Source of the DNA: an uncultured Nitrosopumilales archaeon
Lineage (GTDB): Archaea; Thermoproteota; Nitrososphaeria; Nitrososphaerales; Gagatemarchaeaceae
Direction: 5' to 3'
DNA: 31,017 nt
Assembly: GCA_964477505.1 (NCBI GenBank)
Contig: CAYZDN010000007.1
Coordinates: 1 to 31,017, forward strand
Of the stretch, positions 1 to 6,727 are shown piece after piece. The position numbers and the translations under genes were made by a program. The number at the start of each line of letters is the position of its first letter. Positions within the stretch are counted from its first letter, which is position 1. The notes below the pieces were generated by a model. That model ran no database searches. It had not been told where the DNA came from and saw only the letters and a list, made by a program, of their open reading frames with translations.

Positions 1-2
1 GT

Positions 3-284
3 GCTGTCCTTTACTCCCGTGGCATGACCCCTCTGAGGGTGCAGGACGTGGTCGCCAGCATGGACGGCGTCCTGGCCAGTCATGGCGTGAGGGAATTCCT
101 CCCGACAGAGGCTGCCGACGTCGTGGCAGCGGAGGAGCTACGGTCCGTTCACCCCTCGCTCGGATACTTCGACTCTCTGCACGCTGCGCCCGCAATGAGG
201 TTCGGCATCCCCATCCTAGGGAGCGAAGGAGCGTACGGCAGGGTTGGCGTCCCATTCCTGGATCTTGATAGGTACGGAGGCTAA
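3..284 (+). CDS. PIN-domain (VapC-like) toxin, C-terminal part; 5' end truncated by the window edge
   Basis: Frame is open from position 3 (AVLYSRGMTPLRVQDVV...). Contains the PIN C-terminal signature LGYFDSLHAA...ILGSEGAYGRV (family pattern FDxLHAAxA...ILSxDxxY). Confidence 0.7.
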   Translation, partial: AVLYSRGMTPLRVQDVVASMDGVLASHGVREFLPTEAADVVAAEELRSVHPSLGYFDSLHAAPAMRFGIPILGSEGAYGRVGVPFLDLDRYGG

Positions 285-363
285 CGAGCGATGGAATCTC
301 TAGGAGATCTACTTCTGTAATCCTGATCCCCAACAATCATGTCTACTGTCGGGGGTAGGCACA

Positions 364-382
364 TTCGAATCCCACCCCCGCA
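364..382 (+). repeat. Repeat R1: tRNA-Leu-like 3' fragment TTCGAATCCCACCCCCGCA
   Basis: Complete T-loop TTCGAAT, T-stem 3' strand CCCAC, acceptor 3' strand (one C short) and discriminator A. Confidence 0.8.
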
Positions 383-417
383 CATCCACAAACCCCCTTC
401 CAGATTCGTTCAATTAG

Positions 418-477
418 TATGATATGGCGGCCCACCGGGTAAAGCTTAAATGATATGCTACGATTTCGTAAGATATG
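418..477 (+). promoter_or_regulatory. Putative promoter/operator of the antitoxin-toxin operon
   Basis: TTAAA at 446-450, about 25-29 nt before ATG 475. Inverted repeat TACG-ATTT-CGTA at 459-470. GATATG occurs three times (421, 452, 472). Confidence 0.45.
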
Positions 478-843
478 GCTCAGTTACTGGTAAGGGTGGA
501 TGAAGACATCGCCAGGGAGATTAGAAGGATAGTCAAGGACAAGTACGGAGGAAGGAGGGGTGCCCTGAGCATGGTCGTCGAAGAGGCACTTAGGGGGATT
601 GTTTCACCCCCGGCTGAGATATCCGCAGGCTCCTTGCTAGAGGTGATTGACTACGTCTCCCGGGCTGCCAAGGAAGGGCAACCCAAGGACCAGATACTTA
701 CCAACGTCTTCCTTATGCTGGATCGGGGATTCGAACAGAGCATCGTGATGGGGGTAGAAGACATGCGGAAGGGAAGGGTGCGTGCAGTTCCCAAGGGTGA
801 GGACGCGGTCGAATTCCTCAGGGCGCTTGCGAAGCAGGCCTAG
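475..843 (+). CDS. Ribbon-helix-helix (CopG-like) putative antitoxin
   Basis: N-terminal MAQLLVRVDEDIAREIRRIV...LSMVVEEALR fits an RHH strand-helix-helix. The C-terminal EDMRKGRV...VEFLRAL tail is antitoxin-like. Lies 3 nt upstream of the toxin gene. Confidence 0.7.
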   Translation: MAQLLVRVDEDIAREIRRIVKDKYGGRRGALSMVVEEALRGIVSPPAEISAGSLLEVIDYVSRAAKEGQPKDQILTNVFLMLDRGFEQSIVMGVEDMRKGRVRAVPKGEDAVEFLRALAKQA

Positions 844-846
844 GCT

Positions 847-1119
847 GTGCCAAGGCGAGTCAGATACACCGAAGAATTTGTCAGGAGGTTCAGGGAATTG
901 ACAGTCTCGCAGAGAGGAAAAGTTGAGGAATCAGTCAGAGTGATTTTGTCGTCCGATGACCCTCGCGCCTTAGCTCATCACCTAGAAAGGAAGGCTTACT
1001 TCTGCAACTGGAGTCACAGAGTCAGGGGAAACCTGCTGGTGGTCTTCGGAATATCCAACAAAACACTGACATTCGTTTCCACCGGGACTCATTCACAAGC
1101 ATATCATCCAAGCCGATGA
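847..1119 (+). CDS. RelE/ParE-superfamily toxin, YafQ-like mRNA interferase
   Basis: 90 aa; starts RVRYTEEF, has HHL mid-protein and ends with the YafQ-type motif TGTHS. Confidence 0.75.
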   Translation: MPRRVRYTEEFVRRFRELTVSQRGKVEESVRVILSSDDPRALAHHLERKAYFCNWSHRVRGNLLVVFGISNKTLTFVSTGTHSQAYHPSR

Positions 1120-1177
1120 TGCAGGAATTCGGCCAAGAAAGCATGAGAACGTGCTTTGAGAACTACATGTATATCTG

Positions 1178-1194
1178 GAGTCCCACCCCCCGCA
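1178..1194 (+). repeat. Repeat R2: GAGTCCCACCCCCCGCA
   Basis: Direct repeat of R1/R3/R4/R5 with a full six-C acceptor strand. Confidence 0.85.
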
Positions 1195-1277
1195 CATTAG
1201 TTTCACGGAACTCCCTTCGTCCTGTGAGTTGTGTACCATCACAGCGGTGAAAGCGTCTCCGTTTGGCGTTCTGAACT

Positions 1278-1454
1278 CTATTTCCTGCTCAGGCGCTTCA
1301 GGCCCCTTCTTATGGTGAACAAGCTGGCCAGAGTCATTAGCTCGAATTCGGCATCTTCCCTCGAGCGCTCGAGAGCTCTCAGGATTCTTTTCTTGACTAC
1401 GGGGATCAGGTTGTCGACAAGAATACGAACGGATTCATCAACATCTTCATTCAT
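1278..1454 (-). CDS. Small hypothetical protein, 58 aa (below the ORF-track cutoff)
   Basis: Manual translation: MNEDVDESVRILVDNLIPVVKKRILRALERSREDAEFELMTLASLFTIRRGLKRLSRK*. Its ATG overlaps the upstream stop (ATGA, 1454-1451), which suggests translational coupling. Confidence 0.55.
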   Translation of the reverse strand: MNEDVDESVRILVDNLIPVVKKRILRALERSREDAEFELMTLASLFTIRRGLKRLSRK

Positions 1455-1591
1455 CTCTTGCGCAGCCTTGACATGTCGAGAGTCTCGTTAGCCCATCGCT
1501 CAAACTTGGCAGGGTCCTTTACGAGCGACTTTAGGGTCCTCATTCCTCTCTTGACGTCCTCGTCCAGCGTCTGTTCCTTCGCTCCGGTCAT
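1451..1591 (-). CDS. Small hypothetical protein, 46 aa (track ORF 1451-1708 with a probable later start)
   Basis: MTGAKEQTLDEDVKRGMRTLKSLVKDPAKFERWANETLDMSRLRKR*. TATA-like TTATTAGG on the minus strand at 1621-1614 is 23-30 nt before ATG 1591. Confidence 0.5.
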   Translation of the reverse strand: MTGAKEQTLDEDVKRGMRTLKSLVKDPAKFERWANETLDMSRLRKR

Positions 1592-1719
1592 TCGAGCGAC
1601 AGTTAGAGGCGGGCCTAATAAGTCCGTCTCCAAGTTCGCGGACACTCTGGAGGCATTGGAATGAAACTGTTCACAATATTCGCATTGAGCGAGGAAGGAT
1701 TTCCGCACAACACAATGTG

Positions 1720-1736
1720 AAGTCCCACCCCCCGCA
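1720..1736 (+). repeat. Repeat R3: AAGTCCCACCCCCCGCA
   Basis: Direct repeat, preceded by CACAACACAATGTG and followed by AATTACTTTCAC. Confidence 0.85.
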
Positions 1737-1835
1737 AATTACTTTCACTCTACCCCTGCTGATCCTTCAGGTGCATCAGATTGTGACGGATACCAGAATC
1801 GCCCTGGCTACCTTCTAAGAATCCAAGAGGTGTTG

Positions 1836-1851
1836 GAGTCCCACCCCCGCA
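1836..1851 (+). repeat. Repeat R4: GAGTCCCACCCCCGCA
   Basis: Direct repeat (one C short, as in R1), overlapped by the inverted repeat TCCAA-N6-TTGGA. Confidence 0.85.
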
Positions 1852-1948
1852 CTAGGCTACCTCGAAAGCGTCTGCTTCGAATATGATTTAGTGTGCTGAA
1901 GCTCCGGCGACCGCAAATCATAATACTGTAAACCAATGTGGTGGCTCT

Positions 1949-2200
1949 GTGCCCCGGTATATCGACGTGCACAAGGACATGAAGGGGGTCAAACTGAAAG
2001 ACGTGGCAGAGGCACACGCGAAGGACCTCAAGGTGCAGGGCAAATATGGAGTGAAGTTCCAGATGTACTGGCTCGACGAGAAGCAGGGAACCATATTCTG
2101 CCTGTCAGACGCACCGAACAGGGATGCGATCACGAAGGCGCACAAAGAAGCCCATGGGCTCCTTCCCCAAGAGACGTTCGAGGTTCAGGAAGGGAAGTAG
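1949..2200 (+). CDS. DUF4242 / SCO4226-like His-rich small protein (nickel-binding family)
   Basis: Pattern MPRYIDVH...AEAHAKDL...QGKYGVKF..YWLDE..GTIFCL.DAP...AHKEAHGL is typical of DUF4242. GTG start; AT-rich box at ~1919-1925. Confidence 0.85.
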   Translation: MPRYIDVHKDMKGVKLKDVAEAHAKDLKVQGKYGVKFQMYWLDEKQGTIFCLSDAPNRDAITKAHKEAHGLLPQETFEVQEGK

Positions 2201-2212
2201 ACCCCCTCCTCA

Positions 2213-2218
2213 TTTTTT
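2213..2218 (+). terminator. Possible archaeal oligo-T terminator
   Basis: T6 tract 13 nt after the DUF4242 stop codon. Confidence 0.35.
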
Positions 2219-2328
2219 GTCCAAAAGAATAAACCCTAGAACATTGTCGCCAATATTTCATGTTGCATTCCCGCCACCGCACCGCTTCTAATTCCAAGAC
2301 GAAGCTGCTTTGAACACAACAAATTGTG

Positions 2329-2345
2329 AAGTCCCACCCCCCGCA
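2329..2345 (+). repeat. Repeat R5: AAGTCCCACCCCCCGCA (last copy; likely boundary with the core chromosome)
   Basis: Direct repeat preceded by CACAACAAATTGTG. GC-rich ordinary genes resume just downstream. Confidence 0.85.
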
Positions 2346-2420
2346 TCTCTCCTCTGAGACACCGTACTTCGTATTCGCGATGGATTAAAAAGGGGAACTG
2401 GGGGGCGGGAAATTCAGTCC

Positions 2421-3236
2421 ATGCGAGCAAACATGCGCCGGCGGGAACGCAGAAAGAAGGCGCTGTACATAACCGCGGTCGTGGTGGTCGTCTTCGTCCT
2501 TGTTATCGGCGTTTACGTGGCCGAGAACCTCTCGGCGCAGGATCCCCTGATAGGGACTCCGGTCACGTCATCGAACTACATGTCGCTCTATAACATCGCG
2601 TCGTCGGCTTCCTACGGTTCCACCAACCCTTCCCTTGCGGGCTCGAGCTTCGTGAAGATCCCTTCGGGGACCTCGTGGTACGTCGGGTCAAAGCCGATCG
2701 TCGTCTACATAGGCGCCGAGTACTGCCCCTACTGCTCTTTCACCAGGTGGCCCCTGATAATCGCGTTGATGAGGTTCGGGAATTTCACAGGGCTCCAGTA
2801 TATGCAGTCGTCGTCCACGGACGTGTACCCCAATACGGACACGTTCACCTTCGTAGGCTCCACCTACACGAGCAGCTATGTCGTCTTCCAGCCCATCGAG
2901 CACGAATCCAGGACCCAGGGGAACTACCTGCAGTCAATCCCGTCCAACTACTCGAGCGTGTTCACGGGCTACGGCAGCGGGTACCCGTTCGTAGACATAG
3001 GGAACAAATACGCGGTCCCTGGAACCTTCTACGCCCCTGACTACCTCGGGAGCGGGAAGGGAGGGAACTGGACTCTAGACATTCAGTCGGTGGGTACCAG
3101 TGGGAGCCAGCTCTCCTATCGGGTGATGACGGCGGCGAACGCCTACACCGCGCTGATCTGCGCAGCGACCGGAGGGGACCCAGGGTCCGTCTGTAACAAT
3201 CCGGCCATCACGGCTTACAACAGCTCCATCCCGTAG
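2421..3236 (+). CDS. DUF929-family membrane-anchored thioredoxin-like protein
   Basis: Basic N-terminus plus one TM helix; IGAEYCPYC redox motif; ALMRFGNF; YPNTDTFTF; GYPF putative cis-Pro loop. Confidence 0.8.
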   Translation: MRANMRRRERRKKALYITAVVVVVFVLVIGVYVAENLSAQDPLIGTPVTSSNYMSLYNIASSASYGSTNPSLAGSSFVKIPSGTSWYVGSKPIVVYIGAEYCPYCSFTRWPLIIALMRFGNFTGLQYMQSSSTDVYPNTDTFTFVGSTYTSSYVVFQPIEHESRTQGNYLQSIPSNYSSVFTGYGSGYPFVDIGNKYAVPGTFYAPDYLGSGKGGNWTLDIQSVGTSGSQLSYRVMTAANAYTALICAATGGDPGSVCNNPAITAYNSSIP

Positions 3237-3650
3237 CTATGCTTCGTCCCCTAGCGTCAGCTTGATGGCGGGGACCCCCAACAGCAGCGCCAAGATGTGG
3301 TCAAGGGTGCAATAGAGGCAGATGGCGTCCAGCGCGAAGACTTCCGCGTAGACTAGGTACCCCACGAATATGACCCCAATCATCCACATCGGCATCAGCA
3401 CGTAGTTCAGAGTGGGATTGTTCAGCCACATCACGACGAGCATCCCTGCAAAGAACAGGACCCCCAAGAGGGCCACCGGTATGCCGGCGAACCTGCTGTA
3501 GCTGCTCGAAGTCACCAGGGCGCAGTTTATGGCACCTGAAGTTGGACAGTAGAGCTGGACCGACGGGAAGAGAGAATCGGAAAGGAGGTAGATGGCGTCG
3601 ACCAGGCCGACGGCCGACACAACGAGGCCGAAGAGCCTCCACCTGGCCAT
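3237..3650 (-). CDS. Vitamin K epoxide reductase (VKOR) family protein
   Basis: Four TM helices, loop cysteines CPTSGAINC, S-YS motif and active-site CLYC. Probable start is ATG 3650 (MARWRLFG). Confidence 0.9.
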   Translation of the reverse strand: MARWRLFGLVVSAVGLVDAIYLLSDSLFPSVQLYCPTSGAINCALVTSSSYSRFAGIPVALLGVLFFAGMLVVMWLNNPTLNYVLMPMWMIGVIFVGYLVYAEVFALDAICLYCTLDHILALLLGVPAIKLTLGDEA

Positions 3651-3726
3651 GGCTAGGCCCCCGACCTGGGGTATTTCGACTTTCAGAAGCAACACTTAAA
3701 GTCGAAAAAACAGGCTGCGTCGTCGC

Positions 3727-5283
3727 TTGCTTTCTCCCGGATTGGAGGCCAGGGACTACCAGAAGAGAATCGCTTCAGTCGCTGCCGTGACCAACACCCT
3801 GGTGGTCCTCCCTACGGGGCTGGGAAAGACGATGATCGCCATGATGGTGGCAGCCCAAATCATGGAGCAGCGCCCCGGCGCGAAGGTCATGGTCCTGGCG
3901 CCTACCCGCCCCCTCGTCCTACAGCACTTCAGGACGTTCCAAGAGGGGATGACGATCCCCAAGGAGTCCATGACTGCGCTCACGGGGACCGTCGACCCCG
4001 GAGAGAGGGAAGTGGCTTGGATGAAGTCGAAGGTCATCTTCGCCACCCCGCAGACGGTCTACAACGACGTCAGGCACGGTAGGGTCTCGCTGAAGGACGT
4101 GGCGTTAGCGGTCTTCGACGAAGCCCACAGGTGCGTGAGAGACTACACCTACACGAAGCTTGCGACGGCGTACAAGGAGTCGGCCGAGAGGCCTCTGATC
4201 ATGGGGCTCACAGCCTCGCCGGGGGCTTCGAAGGAAAAGATCAACGAGATCAAACGGAACCTGTTCATCGAAGCGGTCGAAGCGAGGAGCGAGGAAAGCG
4301 AAGACGTCAAGGATTATGTCGAAAGGACGAGCATCGAGACCATCAAGGTCAGGGTCCCAGACGAGTACTACGAGACCAACCTGAGGCTGAGGGAGCTGTA
4401 CAATGACAAGGTGAAGAAGCTGCTGAACGGAGGATTCTTGCGGAGCAACCGTGTCTCCAAGAAGGCGCTCCTCGAGGCGAGGATAGCTATCTCCGCGAGG
4501 CTCAGCAAAGCGCAGGCGAGCGGGGGACAGAAAGGGTACATCTTTGGCGCGATAATCAACCAGGCCCAGGCGGTCGCAATCCTGCACGCCCTCGAGATGA
4601 TAGAGACCCAGGGGGCGCCCCCCCTCCTGAGGTACCTGGACAAGATGAGGGACAGGCCGGACAAGGGAAAGGCGATCGCCTCGCTCGTAAAGGACCCGAA
4701 GTGGTTGAAGATGGAGGAGGAGGCGCTAAAGCTCGCTTCAATCCCGCACCCCAAGGTCTCCGTGGCGGTGGACGTGGTGAAGCAACTGCTTCGGAGAAAA
4801 CCCGATTCCAGGGTGATCGTGTTCACCCAGTACAGAGACACGATTGAAGACATAGTGAAAGCCCTTGACAAGGAGGGGGTCACGGCAAGGAGGTTCGTCG
4901 GCCAGGCCGACAGAGAGGGGAGCAAGGGGATGGACCAGGTACTCCAGTCGAAGACGCTGGAGCTCTTCCGGGATGGAGAGTTCAAGGTCTTGGTGAGCAG
5001 CAGCATAGGGGAGGAAGGGCTGCACGTCCCCGACGTGGACCTGGTCGTCTTCTACGAAGCTGTCCCTTCGGAGATAAGGTACATCCAGCGGAGAGGAAGG
5101 ACGGGGAGGACGACCGAGGGTCGGGTCGTCATCCTACTGGCGGAGGGGACCGTAGACGAGTCCTACTACTACAGCACCCTGCAGAAGGAGAGCCGGATGA
5201 AGGAGCTGGTCAAGGAGTCAGGGAAGAAGCCTTCGAAGCGAAGGGAAAAGAGTCCGACGTTGATGGATTTCGTAGGGAGCTAG
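3727..5283 (+). CDS. hef: Hef/FANCM(Mph1)-like SF2 helicase, without a C-terminal nuclease domain
   Basis: EARDYQ (Q motif), LPTGLGKT (I), FDEAHR (II), GLTASPG (III), SSIGEEGLHVPDVD (V), IQRRGRTGR (VI). Confidence 0.9.
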   Translation: MLSPGLEARDYQKRIASVAAVTNTLVVLPTGLGKTMIAMMVAAQIMEQRPGAKVMVLAPTRPLVLQHFRTFQEGMTIPKESMTALTGTVDPGEREVAWMKSKVIFATPQTVYNDVRHGRVSLKDVALAVFDEAHRCVRDYTYTKLATAYKESAERPLIMGLTASPGASKEKINEIKRNLFIEAVEARSEESEDVKDYVERTSIETIKVRVPDEYYETNLRLRELYNDKVKKLLNGGFLRSNRVSKKALLEARIAISARLSKAQASGGQKGYIFGAIINQAQAVAILHALEMIETQGAPPLLRYLDKMRDRPDKGKAIASLVKDPKWLKMEEEALKLASIPHPKVSVAVDVVKQLLRRKPDSRVIVFTQYRDTIEDIVKALDKEGVTARRFVGQADREGSKGMDQVLQSKTLELFRDGEFKVLVSSSIGEEGLHVPDVDLVVFYEAVPSEIRYIQRRGRTGRTTEGRVVILLAEGTVDESYYYSTLQKESRMKELVKESGKKPSKRREKSPTLMDFVGS

Positions 5284-6686
5284 GCCCGGCTCCCGATGAC
5301 CGAGACCTTGATCGTGTTGGTCGTCCCGATCATCCCGGGAGTCCCGGATGTCACCACTATGCGCTCCCCCTTCTTTGCCAGCCCGAGGCCTTCGGCCGCC
5401 TGGTCGGCCTGCTCGAAGAGACGGTCCAGGTCCTTCGCAGGCCTCATGACGACGGGAAGGACCCCCCGATAGATATTCAAAGTGCGGGCGACCCTTGGCT
5501 CGCTGCAGATCGCTACGATCGGGTGCGACGGCCGATACATCGAGACCCTCCGTGCGGTAGCCCCGGTCTGGGTCGGGGCCACTATCGCCCTAGCCCCCAC
5601 GTAGTCCGCAAGGCTGCATGCGGCTCTCGCGATGGCCGTGGCCGTTTCGGCAGACTCGGCCTCCGGAAGGCTGCGGAAGGACGGATGAAGGTCCCGCTCC
5701 GTCGCCCTAGCTATCTTGTCGAGCATCCGGACGGATTCCACGGGATACTTGCCGACCGTGGTCTCGTCAGAGAGCATCACCGCGTCGGTGCCGTCGAGGA
5801 TGGCGGTCGAGACGTCTGTGACTTCGGCACGGCTCGGGACGGGGGAGTTCACCATGCTCACCAACATCTGGGTCGCCACTATGACCGGTTTCCCTGACTC
5901 GTTGCACCACCTTATGACCGCCTTCTGAATCGTCGGCACTGTCTCGATGGGAGCCTCAATCCCGAGGTCCCCTCTGGCGACCATCGCCCCGTCGGCCTCG
6001 CCGATGATCTCGCGTAGGTTCGTGACCGCCTCCTTCTTCTCAATCTTCGCTATCAGGGTCGGGCCGCGGGGAGGAAGGAGCCCCCGGACAGCCCTAACGT
6101 CTGAAGGGGACCTCACGAACGAGATTGCCACGAAGTCGACCCCCTGTCGGACTCCGAACCTGAGGTAGGAGACATCCAGAGCGGTCGGGTAGGTGACTTT
6201 CAGCTTCACTCCGGGAGCGTTGACCCCTTTCCCAGAGCTCAGCACGCCGCCTGCGAGAACGACGCACCGGGCCGAAACTTGGCTCGCTTCTTCCACGCGC
6301 AGTCTTATCACGCCGTCTGCGAGGTGGAGGACGTCCCCTTTTTCCAAGGACTTCAAGAGGTCAGGGTTGTTGACCGGGACCTTAGCGGCGTCCCCCGCCA
6401 CGTCCGCCGACGTCAGCTCGACGATGGAACCACGCGCCAGATCGACCGAGCCATCCACGATCTTGCCTACGCGGATCTTAGGCCCAGGGAGGTCCTGGAG
6501 GATAGCGACCGTCCGCGCGGCCTTCTTTGCCTCGGTCCTGATCGTTCTGATCTCGTCGAGGTGGCTTTCCAGGTCGCCGTGCGAGAAGTTGATCCTGAAG
6601 ATGTCCACTCGAGGTATCAGTTTCCTTACGATCCTGGGGTCTCTGCTGGCCGGGCCGATGGTGCATATGATCTTGGTCTTCCGCAT
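5280..6686 (-). CDS. pyk: Pyruvate kinase
   Basis: RKTKIICTIGPAS, RINFSHG, QDLPGPKIR, IAKIE, MVARGDLGIE, VATQML, DAVMLSDET. The 3' end overlaps hef by 4 nt. Confidence 0.97.
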   Translation of the reverse strand: MRKTKIICTIGPASRDPRIVRKLIPRVDIFRINFSHGDLESHLDEIRTIRTEAKKAARTVAILQDLPGPKIRVGKIVDGSVDLARGSIVELTSADVAGDAAKVPVNNPDLLKSLEKGDVLHLADGVIRLRVEEASQVSARCVVLAGGVLSSGKGVNAPGVKLKVTYPTALDVSYLRFGVRQGVDFVAISFVRSPSDVRAVRGLLPPRGPTLIAKIEKKEAVTNLREIIGEADGAMVARGDLGIEAPIETVPTIQKAVIRWCNESGKPVIVATQMLVSMVNSPVPSRAEVTDVSTAILDGTDAVMLSDETTVGKYPVESVRMLDKIARATERDLHPSFRSLPEAESAETATAIARAACSLADYVGARAIVAPTQTGATARRVSMYRPSHPIVAICSEPRVARTLNIYRGVLPVVMRPAKDLDRLFEQADQAAEGLGLAKKGERIVVTSGTPGMIGTTNTIKVSVIGSRA

Positions 6687-6727
6687 AGGCCGGGGCCTCC
6701 CCTCGGAGGGAGACCATAAAGCTAGAG

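Larger units (their letters stand above)
1..2345. mobile_element. Tandem array of small modules delimited by tRNA-3'-end (att-like) direct repeats; left end lies outside the window
   Basis: Five co-oriented copies of a tRNA-3'-like motif (core T at 370, 1181, 1723, 1839, 2332; spacings 811, 542, 116, 493 bp). Cargo is toxin-antitoxin genes and small orphans. The region is more AT-rich than the downstream genes. No integrase in the window. Confidence 0.7.

Noticed and set aside
347-384. Intact tRNA gene at R1 (or at any repeat)
   Set aside because: No D arm, anticodon arm or variable arm, and no GTGGG T-stem 5' strand before the loop; only 3' fragments are present.
1249-1873. 10-bp exact repeat GAAAGCGTCT at 1249 and 1864
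   Set aside because: A 10-mer match is expected by chance in 2.4 kb, and the offsets from the repeats differ.
364-2345. CRISPR array interpretation of the five repeats
   Set aside because: Spacers are 100-800 bp, irregular and gene-containing; repeats are only 16-19 nt; no cas genes are present.
1808-2430. ORFs crossing repeats (1808-2017, 2236-2430 minus) as split SSV-type integrase fragments
   Set aside because: No tyrosine-recombinase-like motifs and implausible composition; 1808-2017 also overlaps the DUF4242 gene. Probably spurious.
3727-5283. Hef helicase lacking the ERCC4 nuclease domain as a truncation or novelty
   Set aside because: All helicase motifs are intact with a natural-looking tail; helicase-only Hef/FANCM-like proteins are known in archaea.
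5280-5283. 4-nt convergent stop overlaps (hef/pyk, 12010-12013, 24963-24966) as a regulatory system
   Set aside because: Common in compact archaeal genomes; nothing else supports a special role.
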